In this document: in pieces, positions 44,352 through 58,410 of the stretch
Position numbering within the stretch: position 1 is the stretch's first letter
How the letters are laid out: each line of letters opens with the position of its first letter
Source of the DNA: the human T2T-CHM13v2.0 reference genome, Homo sapiens
DNA length: 64,000 nt
Direction: 5' to 3' (one strand)
NCBI RefSeq assembly: GCF_009914755.1
Contig: NC_060934.1
Program-made: the position numbers and the translations under genes
The notes under the pieces: model-generated
The model's input: the letters and a program-made list of their open reading frames with translations, nothing else
What the model was told of the DNA's origin: nothing
Databases searched by the model: none

Positions 44352-45215
44352 CGGATTCTCAGTGGTGCTGAGGCCTGGTCGTGGTCATGGTGCTAAGGCC
44401 TGGCCGTGGTCATGGGGAAGGATTCTCAGTGGTGCCGAGGCCTGGCCGTGGTCATGAGGAAGGATTCTCAGTGGTGCCGAGGCCTGGCCGTGGTCATAGG
44501 GAAGGATTCTCAGTGTGCCGAGGCCTGGCTGTGGTCATAGGGAATGATTGTCAGTGGTGCCGAGGCCTGGCTGTAGTCATGGTGCCGAGGCCTGGCCACG
44601 GTCATGGGGAAGGATTCTCAGTGGTGCTGAGGTGTGGCTGTGGTCATGAGGAAGGATTCTCAGTGGTGCCGAGGCCTGGTCGTGGTCATAGGGAATGACT
44701 GACAGTGGTGCTGAGGCCTGGCCGTGGTCATAGGGAAGGATTCTCAGTGGTGCTGAGGCCTGGCCGTGGTCACAGGGAATGATCCTCATTGGTGCTGAGG
44801 CCTGGCTGTGATCATAGGGAAGGATTCTCAGTGGTGCCGAGGCCTGGCTGTGGTCATAGGGAAGGATTCTCAGTGGTGCCGAGGCCTGGCTGTGGTCATA
44901 GGGAAGGATTCTCAGTGGTGCTGAGGCCTGGCTGTGGTCATGGTGCTGAGGCCTGGCCGTGGTCATAGGGAATGATTGTCAGTGGTGCCAAGGCCTGGCT
45001 GTGGTCATGGTGCCGAGGCCTGGTCGTGGTCATGGGGAAGGATTCCCAGTGGTGCCGGGGCCTGGCCGTGGTCATGGGGAAGGATTGTCAGTGGTGCCGA
45101 GGCCTGGCCGTGGTCATGGGGAAGGATTCTCAGTGGTGCTGAGGCCTGGCCGTGGTCATAGGGAAGGATTGTCAGTGGTGCTGAGGCCTGGCTGTGGTCA
45201 TGGGGAAGGATTCTC
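44352..45215. repeat. Composite 42-bp/25-bp VNTR (~18 long and 4 short units)
   Basis: Long unit ggtgccgaggcctggccgtggtcatagggaaggattctcagt; the short unit lacks the last 17 nt. Confidence 0.96.
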
Positions 45216-47589
45216 CTCGCTGCTGCCACGAGCACAGTATCAGGGATGGAAAGGTTTGGGCCAGAGGACTTCTCAGGCTGAGATAATGTAATCTCATTTC
45301 CTGAGAGCAAAATAACAAAACAAGGAGTGATGTATTCCCTTCTCCAGGCGGGCAGACAACAGAGATGTCAATTAAATCTAAAGGCCTGCTCCTATTCAGC
45401 AGAAAATGGCTGCTGCTCTAGAAATATTACGACGTTAAAAGGAGATCACTGGAGTCTACATAACTGTTGATGGTGTAGCATCTGCTCCAACTGCCTCTCC
45501 TCGGTGTCTGCCACAGCGGCTGCGGTGGTTTTCCTGTTTGAAGACCCCCTGTCCTCCTTCACTTTCAGGGTCAGCCAGTCTGTGCTTTGATTCACCACGG
45601 GGATGAGCAGGAATCGTCGGTGCAATTTTACCTGCGTAAACAAGCGAACCTTCTTCCACTGAGCTTCTGCCTTGAGACGTCTGTGAGTGCCGCCTGATCA
45701 CTTGGTGAGCAGCTGTTTCAGCTGCCCGGATGGAGGGCAGTCCAGTCAGTTACGGCCTCTCCCTCTCCCGAGCTGCGCCCTGTCCTCCTGGAGGCGAAGG
45801 GCTGAGTCTCAGATCCCGGACTTTGGTGCAGAGCAGGAAGACCTGTCCTTGGTCTGCTCCATGCTGTGCTGGTGTCTGCGCTCCTCCCTCAGGGCGCCTG
45901 CAGGGAAACTGCATCCTGCTCTCCTCTCTGCAGCCTTTGGGACCAGGGCACGGCCATCCAGTCACGGCCTTAGCTTCCTTGTCTCTCCTGGGCCAGGTGG
46001 GCAGGTGAGATGCCTCCCCAGCCTCCGTGGGCCTAGAGAATCTCAGGGGCCTGGTTCAGGCCTTCTGCACCTGTCTGCTCCAGGCTGCATGGTGGCTGAG
46101 GCACAGGTGCGTCCGTGAGGCTGCGGGGCAACCCTGGCTTCGGGGGAACACAGTGCTGCTCCTTCAAGTGCACCGGAGGCTCCGTCGTTAGCCCACCCGT
46201 CCCCACCAGCCCAGGGCGGGACCAGCCCACAGCACCACGTCCTCTCCAGGCCACCAGTGGGAGGTTCAGGAGAAACCAGGGCTTCCAGAAGCAATGTTCT
46301 CCTAACTCTTACCCAAGTTACTGCTGGACCCAAGATTCTGTGAACCCAAAGCGGGAATTTGAAGCTTTTTCCTCCTCAGGTGACTTTCTGACTGTATCCC
46401 TGGGCCAGGTTAGCTTCACTAAAGCGACAGGCACCACAGATGTGGTCCTGGGTGGGTGGTGGGGACGGGCGGTCCGTGCTGAGTGGACACGTTGCAGCAA
46501 CACCACAGAGACCCCACAGTGTGTCGGGTGTGAGCTCCGCCGGCAAGAAGCGGATCGAACCATCCGTGCAAGGCCACTGTAGGTGCTTCCTGAAACGCCA
46601 TTTACGAAGGTCGTAGACGCAAGTGCCTGACCTACAGCAAGTGCCCCTCAGCGCTTGATAAATACACACAGTTCTGCAGCAAAAGCTATTTTGTTTCTCT
46701 GCATTTTCAACCAAAATTTGAAAGACATTGCTTTCAGCTAGCAGTATAGATTTCTATACATAAAGACCTGAAAACTGCTATTTAAAACAGCCTTTACTCA
46801 GAGTGGACTTAGAAACGACGCATCAGGCTGAGAGGAGCAGAGAGGCCTGATGTGTTCATTCCCTTCTTGCCCCGGTCAAGTTATCAGGAATTTGAGGAGA
46901 GTGCTTGTCTTCCGAGAAATTCTCAGACTTCAGGGCATGCGTTGGGGAAGGATGTGGTCAAGATGTCTGTGCCTTGTCAAGGGCCCTTTTCTCCGCTGAG
47001 CTGAGGCTCGGGACGATGCTGGACGGGTTCGGAGCGTGCTGCATCCTGCGAGCCCGGAGACCTCGGGGCTGGTTAGAGGATGGCTCAGTTCCCAGGAAAC
47101 CCTCGGGTCTTTAAAAGGAAGTCGCAAACCCTGTTAAAGAGCTGGACTTCTTTTGTCTGTTTACTGTATCGCCTTGAAGTCTTTACTGAACAGTTGATTA
47201 AAAGATGTGTTTTTTTTTTGAACAAATAATTTAAAAAATTTATAAATCCATGTTTAAATGAAACCTGGGCTTTAGCTATGTGAGGTTGTGACTTTATTAT
47301 TATTATTATTTTTGCTTTTAAAATAGTTCTCTATTTTATTTTAAAGCAATTATATCCATACATTCAAAAAAGTCCAAAACAGCAGAAAATATTTCCTTTG
47401 AGCCAACGCATAAAGCACAAAATAATCCTCATATCTGCCAGAGGATGGGCCGGACCGCGTTTCAGGTAATCAACTCAGGAGCAACTGAAGGCTTCCGAGG
47501 GTAATGGACCATGTAATGAGTCAATTTGTGGTTGCCAGGTGCATCCCTGCTCAGACCTGGGCGGGGCAGGTGGGTGTGGGGGCACGGCT

Positions 47590-47725
47590 TTCGGGGCTCA
47601 TCCTCCCGCACCACCTGTGGGAAGCTACGTTGCTTCTCTAGGTCTCAATTTTCTCCTCTTTACTATAAAAATAGCAGCTACCTCATAGAATTGTCTTGAA
47701 TATCAAATAAGGAAATCCACCCGCA
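47590..47725 (+). mobile_element. MIR fragment
   Basis: ttctctaggtctcaattttctcctc...aaaatagcagctacctcatagaattgtcttgaatatcaaataagg. Confidence 0.65.
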
Positions 47726-49066
47726 GTGTTTTTGTGACTTTTACGTAGGTTCCTTTTCCTTGGTTCATTTCCCTGCTGGTCCCCAGCCGCCCACCCTAAT
47801 GGAGAGGGGTCTTGCCCACTGCCTCAGGGCTGGCGGGAGGGTGGATGGGCCCTCGGGCTGTGGGCTCCATGGGGATTTGGGCATGGCTGCTTCTCAGCAG
47901 AGGAGCCACAGGAGCTTGGCAGAGCCCAGCCATGCATACTCTAGAATGGTCTAGAACGGTCTGCAGGCAGGAGACGGGTGTTAGAATCCACCCAGGTGGC
48001 TGACAGCCTAGGAACCACTTGAGCAGTTGTTGTATGGTGAGGGCGCAGGGCCCAGCCAGGGCAGCAGGGGTCCCAGTGAGAACATGAGTGGGAGATGGTG
48101 CAGGAAGGGGGTCCCCAGCCAATGTCCCAGCCCCAATCCCGACACTGACACAGCACTGGGGAAGGGGGTGCTCTGTGGTTAGAAACGGCGTCGGGTCTCG
48201 CAGAATGGAGGCAGAGTTCCAGAGCAGGAAAGTCTATTTCATCATGCCCAAGCTCTCGGTCTTGAATTCACACAAAAAACATGTGGGTCCTAACAGTGAC
48301 CCAGCCAATGTCAGCAATGGCTTGTGTAACTGGAATACCATAAATTACAGCTGAAGTGCACACAGCCTGTGTCGTGCACCTGCTCGGGTCTAACCATCTT
48401 ATGAAAGGGTCCTCCTATCGGCCCTGTTTTGCAGAGAAGAAACCTGGACACAGGAAGCGCAGCCGTGAACCCTAGGGCAGGGAAGCCAAGATTCTCACTC
48501 AGGCCCTGCCCCTGGGGCCGGGCCTTCTGTTCTGCCCAGCGACCTCTCAGCCTCACCTTGAGAATCTTACAGACTGAGCGCTGATGATGCTCCCGGGCAC
48601 AATGACAAATTCATCGTTTTAATTTTTTGGTCAAAACCCAAATAATCTTTAGTAAAAACCGATTTGTAAATTATGCATCCATTCTGCCATGATGGATAGA
48701 AAAGTTTTGCGATACCCAGTGAACACTGGGGATGAGTTCAGTTAAGCAGGTAAAGAAATCCTTGTCTTGCAATTGCAGGTCTCACGGTGATGTCCTCTCA
48801 GTGAAGCCCAAAAAACAATGTGTGCTCGCTGGGTGCCAGACCCACATCAGGGGCTCTATTCGTTCTTCAGACGCTGTTCAGGTCCCACTCCCTGGAAGCC
48901 TCCCTGATACTCCTTTCCTCACCAGCCCGGCTCAGGGGGCTGCCCTGCACAGCCATGGCCTCCAGCCAGTTATCCTCACTGTCCTGGAATTGCTCAACCT
49001 ACCCCCAACCCAGGCTTCGTTTCCTTGATGGGGGGAATACAGTAAGCACTTAGCTGATGGGCAGAT

Positions 49067-49653
49067 TATTGGGAAAAGCTGAGTGTCGGGAGAAGCTGAG
49101 GCAGTGCTTGCATGTCTGACATAATGTAAAAGAGTCTTAGAACATGTCTGGTGGCCAGGGTCTAAAACCCCTTGTGGTCTTTGGAACACCAAGCTCTGTG
49201 CCAAAGGGTGGAAGGCTACCCTGACGTACCGTAATCTAAGCCCAGGGCATAAAATCCCTCGTGGCTTGGATAGAATCCAGGGCTCGTGGCTCTGGAATGT
49301 GTCTAGACTTGCTGACTCCTTGCTCCTTGCTCTCCCAGGATCGATTATATCTTGAGTGAAAAGAACCTGCTCTCCATTATCTCAGGTAGCAGAGCAAATG
49401 CTAAACTGTCACAGCTGTAAATCACGTGCTTAATGCAACATGCCCTTTCAACCTCCACATTCTCATCACCTGTTTCTTTGTTGGATTACCAATAAATAGC
49501 ATGTGCTCCCAGAGCTTGGGGCCTTTGCAGCCTCCATGATCACGATGGCCCCCGGTCCCACCTTTACTTCTCAAACTGTCTTTTTCTCAATCCTTTGACT
49601 CCACTGGACTTTGTCACCCCCATGACCTGGTGTTGGGTCTGATCACCCCAACA
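49067..49653 (+). mobile_element. Solo ERVK-class LTR (LTR14 family, probably LTR14C), 587 bp
   Basis: t(a)ttgggaaaagctgagtg ... ggtgttgggtctgatcaccccaaca termini; 5-bp TSD cagat (49062-49066 / 49654-49658); aataaa near 49490. Confidence 0.88.
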
Positions 49654-50345
49654 CAGATGGACAGAAGGATGGATAGAGAGACAGCTGGCTAGGTGGATGA
49701 TGGGGGCTGGATGAGTGGCTCATGGATGGTTAGATAGATGGATAAAGGAATGGTGAATGAATGGATAGATAGGTGGATGGATGGATGGTGGATGGGTGGG
49801 TGGCTATATGGTGAATGGATAGGATGATAGAAGGTGGATGGATGGATGGATGGATGGATAGATGGATGATAGATGGATGGATGGATTGGGGAATGTTTGG
49901 GTGGATCATGGGTGGGTGGATGGATGGTGGACCAATGGATGGATGGTGAATGGATGGGCAGAGGGATGATGGGTAGATGGGTGGATGTATGGTGGATGGA
50001 TATAAGGATGGGTATATGTATAGATGGGTGGGTGAACAGATGGTGGATGGATGGGTGGATGGGTGGATGGATGGGAAGATAGATGGGTACAAGGGTACAT
50101 GAGTGGTTAGATGCTGGATGGCTGGGTGGGTATATGACGATAGAATGGGCAGATAAATGGTGAAATGGATGGATGGATGGATGGTGGGATGGATGGGTGG
50201 ATCATGGATAGATGGGTGGATATAAGAAAGGGTATATGGAGAGATGCATAGATGAGTGGATGAATAGATGGTGGATGAATGGATGACAGATGAGTTGATG
50301 AGTGGATGGATGAATGGATGATTGATACATGAGTTGGCCAGATAA
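49654..50345. repeat. Degenerate (TGGA)n/(GATG)n tract
   Basis: Direct reading; produces the HPSIHP ORF artefacts. Confidence 0.93.
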
Positions 50346-50754
50346 ACACGACACCTCTTCCGCATGGTAAGAAATATTTGGGAATAGGGTGACTCTCTCT
50401 AATTAAGACTTCAATTACTTTTTTGTTTGAGTATGTGTCATGAAATGATAATTTGATTGGCTATTTCTTAGTCATTTCATCAAGTCAATTCTATGCAAAT
50501 AAGAAAACTGCCATAATGAAGCAGATTAGCTATTTATTAAAATTAAAAATAATTTAATTTACATTAAGGCTAAAACTAAATTAGAAAAGTTATTTGTTTG
50601 ATTCTATTGATCATAGAGTCAAAATAAAATTATCATCTTATGTGAAAAATTATCACTTTCTCAATTGCCACCTCTTCCATGCAGCCCTATTTATTGCCCC
50701 TAAAGCAGTAGTGTCTCTCTTCTCTGAGCATTGATGGAACTCCTAGGGTAGTCA

Positions 50755-50955
50755 TATTATAGAGCCTGGATATGAGGCTGATTCTACCACTCACCAGCCG
50801 TGTGATCACAGCCTACTGGGTGAATATCTCTAGACCACTCCATAAATGGGAAATAACAATAGGACCAAACTCAAGACCCGCCATGGGGCTTAACAAGCAG
50901 TACACATGACATCACTGTGCCATCCGTGAAGATCTAAGTAGACATTACTTCTTGT
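50755..50955 (+). mobile_element. MIR
   Basis: ctgattctaccactcaccagccgtgtgatc...cataaatgggaaataacaatagga. Confidence 0.65.
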
Positions 50956-51863
50956 GATTGCCTGTCTTATTTCCCTCCTGCAGGTTCTTAGATGGACTGG
51001 TCTGTGAATCACATGAACATATGCGGTTCATATTCATAAACACTTATTCACACACACACAGATATGTACACACATGTACATTTGCATGTAAGACAGGATT
51101 TGGCAAATAGAAGATATTTTTGAATAAATGAATTATTGGGCAACTCATGCTGCCAAAAGTTGAGAGATGAAACTAAATGAAGGCCCAACTGGGGTGAGTG
51201 TGCCTGTGGGTGTTTGTTAAGGGGACGCCAATCATTCTATTGCACTTCAGTTATAGCTGGTTCCTCCTCTAACCTACTCTGGGGTCCAAAGTCAGCACAG
51301 GAGGCCCAGAGGAGTGAGCGCCTGGCCATTGGCAGGCCCCTGTGGGTCTCTCTCCCTCTGTTGATTCACAGCCTCCCTGTGGATGGGCCGTGGGGAGAGC
51401 TAGAGGAGGTAACTGGCTGGGATCCAGGAAAGGCCCTTGTGAGGCTGCACAGGCAGGGGCCCTGGAGTTTCTCACCCAGGCTGCCCTGATGCACACAGGT
51501 CCGTACCATGCACCTGGCTCCATCACCACCCTTGTGGGGTCTGGGATGATGGCAGTCAACCAGGTGCTCCACTCCAGAGAATGGGGCCCATGAACTCACT
51601 CAGTCTCCATGAGAGCCAGATCCCTGCCAGTAAGTCACGTGGTGAAACCCCATTAGGTCAGCCAACCTTTTCACATTGGCAGCGCCCAGCTTGCTGATGT
51701 GGGAGAGAGAAGGCGTCGGCCTGGGGCATGACCATCCACAGCTGAGAAGGGAGGTGGGTGCAGCACGGGTCCCCCTGAAACATTCCATGTGGAGACATCA
51801 GACCCCCCGGCTTAGGAGTTGTTACTGCAGGAGTGTTTGAGAAACTGTGTGGATGGTGGCCTG

Positions 51864-52228
51864 CAGTGTAGACCAGATAGTCAGGAAGCATAGATCAGAT
51901 GGCCAGAAAGTGTGGGATATAATAGATGGGCAGGAAGTATAGACCAGATGGCCAGGAAGTGTAGATCAGATGGTGTGGAAGTATAGACCAGATGGCCAGG
52001 AAGTGTTGACTAGATGGGCAGGAAGTGTAGATTAAGACAGTCAAGAAGTGTAGACCAAGACAGTCAAGAAGTGTAGACCAAGACAGTCAAGAAGTATAGA
52101 CTAGATGGTCAGGATATGCAAACTAGATAGGAAGTGCAGAACAGACAGTCAGAAAGTATAGAACAGTCGGTCAGGAAGTATAGACTAGATGGTCAGGAAG
52201 TCGGTCAGGGTAGATGACCAGGGAGTGC
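51864..52228. repeat. Degenerate 22-23-bp minisatellite, ~16 copies
   Basis: Unit gt(a/g)tagaccagatggccaggaa and variants (gtgtagaccaagacagtcaagaa, ~3 copies). Confidence 0.9.
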
Positions 52229-52339
52229 AGCCCAGAGGGTCGGGAAGAGATCTGATGAGCGATTTCTAAGGCACTCTGCTAATTGCCCTGCATTAATTAT
52301 CTTACTGACTCAAAAGAAGGATGAAGGGTTGTAGAAGGA

Positions 52340-52450
52340 TGGATTTTATTATCATTCCTATTTTACACGTGAACGAACACAGTGGAGTAAGTGATATTCC
52401 TAAAATCACATCAAAACAGGCAGGTGTGGAGTTTGCACCGTTTGCCTGAC
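52340..52450 (-). mobile_element. MIR fragment
   Basis: ttattatcattcctattttacacgtgaacgaacac...gtaagtgatattcctaaaatcaca. Confidence 0.55.
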
Positions 52451-53937
52451 ACACGGACAGGAGTCTGTGCTCTCTTTTGTCTGGGTTCTGTATTGGTGGC
52501 TGGGTGGTTTTTGCCTCCCCACTCTTCACTCCTGTGCTATGGGCCGGCGTTGCACCTCCTGGGGTGGGCCTCACTCCTCTGGACTCAGCGCCCTGCCTGG
52601 CCTGGGCTCTGCGTGCTTCTTAGGGTGTGCCATGGCTGCCCCTCCAGGGCTCACAGTAGATGCCTGCATGGCAAGTGGCAGCCATGTGCGTTGAGGCCAC
52701 GCGCTGTGGGCCCCAAGGCACCTCAAAGTTTAGGCAGGAAGAGCAGACGCCAGGGTGCATGGGGAAAATGGCGGACAGAGATCTGCATATTTGTTTACAG
52801 ATCACAATGTTTAGAAGTTTTAAAGAATAAGCCCCTTGCAGTACATTTAAAAGCCGATGAAGGTCACTCCACATCCTTTGCTGAGATGTCTGGGGAGACT
52901 TGACTTTGGAGCAGACGGCCCAGGCAAGGAGGTTCACAATTGCACCTCCTCTGTCGGTGGAGGGACGTTTCCGTAAACCAAAGGGAGTCGCCCATCTAGG
53001 ATCAACTTCATCGTGTTAGTTATGGTGTTTTGTTAAAGTGTCCACAGAAACCAAGCAGCCTAGTCCTGGTGTGGGGAAGCGTCTCCTTAGAATTTCAAGT
53101 CGGCTATGAGCACCCCTGGAGTTCCCGGGAAAGACTGTGGGCTCAGGGTCAGGCCTCGAGCTTTAAGATGCAGCGGGGACCTGCCCTGTGGCTTTGCTCT
53201 GTCCCGGGCAGTCCCATCTCCTTTCTCCAGGGCTGCTCTGGCAGATCCCCTGCCGAGACGCCACGGGGGAGCCTCGTTGTATGTGGGTTCTGGCTAGAGG
53301 CAGACGAGGCCCAAGGTACCAAGGAGAAGCTCTGACACTCAAATGTCACTTAACTAATTTCCTTCCACGCACCAACAAAATAATTGGAATGGCATTGACA
53401 AGGGGAAAAACAGCCCGCAGTAAAAAGCAGTTGTCCGAAGCTTCTGGTGTCTTGAGGAAATTATTTCCGCTATTATCTTTCACACAGGGCTCTAGACTGG
53501 CCAGAGTAGTCCGTATTATTATGTGACTATCCAGACTATTTCCTCCTCAGCGCCCTAGCTAGTTTTGGGCCGAGCAACACTGATACAATAGTGATTTTAA
53601 ACTCAGTGAGCATTCCAAAGTTCAGCAAATACATCAAGCCTTTCAAAGTTTCTGCAGGATAACTGAGAAAAAAAAATCTATGTCTTGATTTTTGTCAGTT
53701 GTCTTGGAAAATTTCCCTTTTCTGTTTCGTGCGTGCTGTCGGAAACCAGCCAAGTGTGTCCCGCGCCCCTTTGGTATGTAGGCTCTATGGTCGAGGAAAG
53801 AAAAGGGTTCACTTGGAACCCTGGATCTTGGTTGCATAGTGTGGCTAAGAAAAGGGATGTTTAGACAACACTGGTTTTCAGAAAAATGAAACTAAAGCAG
53901 GAGCCTAAATATACACAAAAATGTACAGTGACGTGTC

Positions 53938-54175
<238 letters not shown>

Positions 54176-56351
54176 TTTTATTGATCATTTTATCTTTTTG
54201 GTGTCTAAGAATCTACTCCCAATTTAATATATAATTTTAGCTTAGAATTTAATGTATGGACAGTGGAAACTTACTATCAAACACTTTAAAAAAATCCAGC
54301 AGAATCCATATGAGAAGTTTATCTTGGCTCATGCATATGCTCCCCTATGTAAACCGAGTTATAGCAAAACCACGGGCCACTTTATGGAGGGCACAGCCTC
54401 ACTGGGCGGAACCGGTACCCAGAGGGATGGTAAGCCCAGATGGTTGGTGCTGCAGTAAATTAAGCCTGATATAGAGATGTTTGTGGGTTTTATTAAAGTC
54501 TCATGATGTCTCTAAGCAGTTCTTGTTATATAACAGAATGAATTATATCGTCCAAGGTTATTGCTCAGATAACCTACTGGAAATGATAGTTTTCCTCCTT
54601 CATCACATGAATCTAAATGTTAACTAAGCGCTTGTTAGCTTTTCACATCACATCGGAGGGATTCGTTAGCTCTCACATCTCTGCATATGTGTTTTAAGAG
54701 TCTTTAGATAAAAGATGAATCAAAGTGATTCAGTTCTGTAAGTTTTGGACTAGAAATCAGAGTCTCTCTGGACATCATCCGAGTGTAAAATGTAGCACAA
54801 ATTGCCTTTAAAAATTAATAATTTACCAAATCTATCAGCTATGCCCAGTCTGGCTTGAGAAGATAAGTAAAATAAATATTGTAAAGTCAATTTTTAATAA
54901 TCTGTGGCATGAAATTTAAGCACAAGAGAAAACATTTAGCAATTAAGCAGGAACATTCGGTGCATGATTAAATGTGAATAATAATACATATTTAAAGGCC
55001 TCATAACTTACCTGCTAGCAGGAAATATTTAAAGTTCTAATCTACTACACAGCACAGCTCATGCCGTTTCTTTGTTTAATGAGCTCTTGCCTTGTGATTT
55101 TCATGTCTGAGCAGTTACTTTGTAAGTATTTTTACATGGACAGCTACGTGTAAGGCTGACAAAGAGTAGCACAGACAGATATGTGGTGGGGGATTGTCAG
55201 GCCAGCGCAGCCACGGAAAATAATATGATCAGATCCTTCATCATGCTGGTAACCAGTGGTTGGCTGTATTCATCTAATTATTGAGACAGCACATTCACAT
55301 CCGAGGGATTTTATTATAAGAGGTTTATAAAATTTAGAGTTGAAGCTGATCTGTCTCTATCTACCAAATAGAAGCTGGACTCAGGACCATGGTTTTTCAT
55401 GATGAAGAATCAAATCCTTGATAAATGATGGCAGGTCCTCATCTTCCAGAAAGAGGAAAAAAAAAAAAAAAAAGGCAGAGGAAAGGAAATAGCTCGGCTG
55501 AGAAACAGAGAGCGAGTGAGCACAGCGCTGACAGAGAGGGAGCCGCTGCCTGCCGCTGAGAACACAGGCTCTGCACCCAGGGCACAGAAGCAGGAGAAGA
55601 TGTAATTCTCGAGGACCACATTGATTAACGCCCGCCCAGGGCTAGCCACAAATTAGAGCCCCGTCCTGAAAGAAGCAGTGCTATGTCTTGTAAGGCATGC
55701 TTCCAAAGGAGCTTGCATTGCACACACCCCGGAGCAAACCGGCAAGTAGAGAAGACGGACACTTCCCAATGAAAGCGAAATGTTCCTGCCTGCCCTGCGC
55801 CGCTCGGTTCTCCTTCCTCTCTCTGCTCTCACAGGGTGGTGTTACACCTCCACTGCTCTCCATCTAGTGTGTTTGTGCAACACTCGCCTCCAGGGGGAGC
55901 TCGAAGCTCTCCCGCCCTTCACCTCTGATCAGAGCACTGATGTGAGTCAGTCCCCAGGATGGTGGGGGCACCGGCTGGAGGAGGGCGGGGGCTCCTTCAG
56001 ACCTGCCTTGATTAACCCGGACCAAAGGGGCCCTCTGCACTGGAGCGTTACAGTCAAAGCACAGCCTGTGCACCTGCCCGTCGGTTCCATAGTGTTTGTC
56101 TGCTGCTTGGTTTGTGGGACAGGTGGCTGGTCAGGATCTGCAGGACCTAACCCCACCCACGCTCAGCTGTGAGGAGATTAAAGGGTCTCAGTGTCTCAGG
56201 GTCAGGTTCCAGGCTGGCTTCTTGCGATTTCACAGAAGTCACTAAATCTTTTTGGGTAACAATGGGCTTACTCCTAAAAGCAGTGGGAGGTTGGGGGTCA
56301 GGGAGCAATTTGAACTTATTCTTCTCTAGATTCTCTTTCATTACAGAGTCT

Positions 56352-56475
56352 TATTCACATTGAATAAATGTTTATTCATACCTACTGTGGGCCAGACACT
56401 ATCCTGGGCCCTGGGACTATAGCAGTGAACAAAGTGGACAAAAATCCTGCCTTTATAAAATGCACATGCTGAGAG
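56352..56475 (-). mobile_element. L2 fragment
   Basis: ataaatgtttattcatacctactgtgggccagacactatcctgggccctgggactatagcagtgaacaaa. Confidence 0.8.
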
Positions 56476-58410
56476 TTAAGACTCACGATGCTCAGATGGG
56501 GCTGCTGTTGTGGAAGTCAGGAGAGTCCACGCTGTTAGTGTTGACTGTTTGTTTTGTCCTTTCCATTGTAAGATTCACCCCATTGCCTCCTAAAGTGAAC
56601 CCCAGGGCAGGGAACATGTTGACAGGGAGGTGGTCTAATCTAAATCCAGTTAGAACACTCGGAGAGCTCCTAGACTGAAACAGGGAGAAGGAAGCACATT
56701 TTGGATGATTGTATTTGTTCCTTGATGGGTCTGCTGAGGAAGAGCTATGTACCCATTGCATGTGCTATTTCCATCTCAGGTTATTTGAAGAGAATACAGA
56801 GGAGAAGCAGCCCCAGGCACCTACTCTAGTGGCAGAGTGGCAGGCTTGAGGCGCCTGCATCTGAAAGCTGCTGTGAGTTAGGGAAGCCCCCACCAAAAGG
56901 CCCAACAATGGGCAACATCCCCCATCAAAGCCATGGACATATCCCTGGCAACAGACTTGGCTCTTAACTTCCACGAGTTTTTAAGCCAAGGTTGGCAAGA
57001 GGAATAGAACGGGGACGTCAAGGTACATCAAAGGAAAGATTCAAAATATATGGAATCCATGAGGCCACATAGGATATTTCACAGCTTTATGCTTTTCTGA
57101 TAAATCCTGGAAGACTTAATATAAGGTCAGGAGTTTTCAGTGCTCTGATTCGGTAAATTTATTTACAGAGACAGCTGTCCGAGGGTGGAATAAGGACTCG
57201 GGAGTGAGAGGGAGGCACTGTCAACACTTTCAGGCCAGACCAGCGGCTCACGCTTTGGAGACCGGGGCTGCAGGTGAGGGCACAGGTGGACCTCAACCCA
57301 CCTGGACACTCCACCAGAGGGGAAGGCACAGTGAGAGGCAGTGCCCTGTGGCTGAGCTGACGGCACTGGTCTTGGGGCAGGGAGAGGAGCCCGTAGGTCA
57401 CAATGGCCTTGGTGACCCCAGCCTGCAGGTCACATGTCCCTTACCTGGGAGCCATCTACTCTGGAAACCATGGATACCTACACATCTGTGCAAAATTGAC
57501 ACAGTGCCTCAGTTATTTGGGTAAGGCTGACCAGTGAACTCTGATAAATTGCTGTAACAATGACCACCCATCTGTCAATGTGTCACCAAGCATAGGCTGT
57601 ATACACTGTGCAGACTGTAAGGATCCACTGGGCTTTCGGCCTGCGGCACCCAGGTATGAAGGGCATTAGCGTACCTCCTATGGCCACACGCAAACTCCGC
57701 CTGGGGTCTACCCCATCACTCTCCACTCCATTTTGCAGATGGAGCCCACCGAGTCTCCCTAGAAACAATGGCTTGGATCCTGGGAGCAGCGGCACCCACC
57801 TGTCTGGTTCTTATGGCCGAGAGCCCTGCAGCTAGATGTTCTGTGAGCCTGTGTTCCCATTTTATGGAGACTCAGAGAGGTATTTGCCTTGTGCATTTCT
57901 CCTGGAGCTTACATCACTGAAGGGGACCCTTGGCCAGCAGTCTCTCTGCTCCGAGTCCCCGAGTCTCCACAGGTGGCCATGGCCATTGGGTTCCAGCTCA
58001 GCTCCCACCTTTGCCACCGCCTTCCCAGCCCTCGCTAAGCTGGAGTCCTGGCCCGGGCCCTTGTCCCAGCTTCACGCCATTGCTTACACCCTTGGCCCCC
58101 TCCCTTCCTGAAATCACTGTCCTTCTTTTCCCCTCTAATCTGAGTCCTGTTTATTCCTTAAAACTCAGCTCAACTCCCCTGTTCTCACTGAGGGATTCTG
58201 CAAGCCTCCTAGAAACCCCTCCGGCCTCCTGGCTCCTGAGCACCCGGCCTTGAGCCTGCAGCCACCTTGCCCAGCACTGCTTGGTCCTGGCAGTGTGGCT
58301 GCTGCGTGTTCATGGTGCTAGGGGGACTCAAAGGTTCTAGGGGAGGCAGGGACTACTCTTCCTAGGGCCTAGTTGTCTTTGCTACCTTCCTAGGGCCTAG
58401 TGAGTTCCAT

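Noticed and set aside
49730-50365. 211-aa His/Pro/Ser/Ile ORF
   Set aside because: Translation of (TCCA)n
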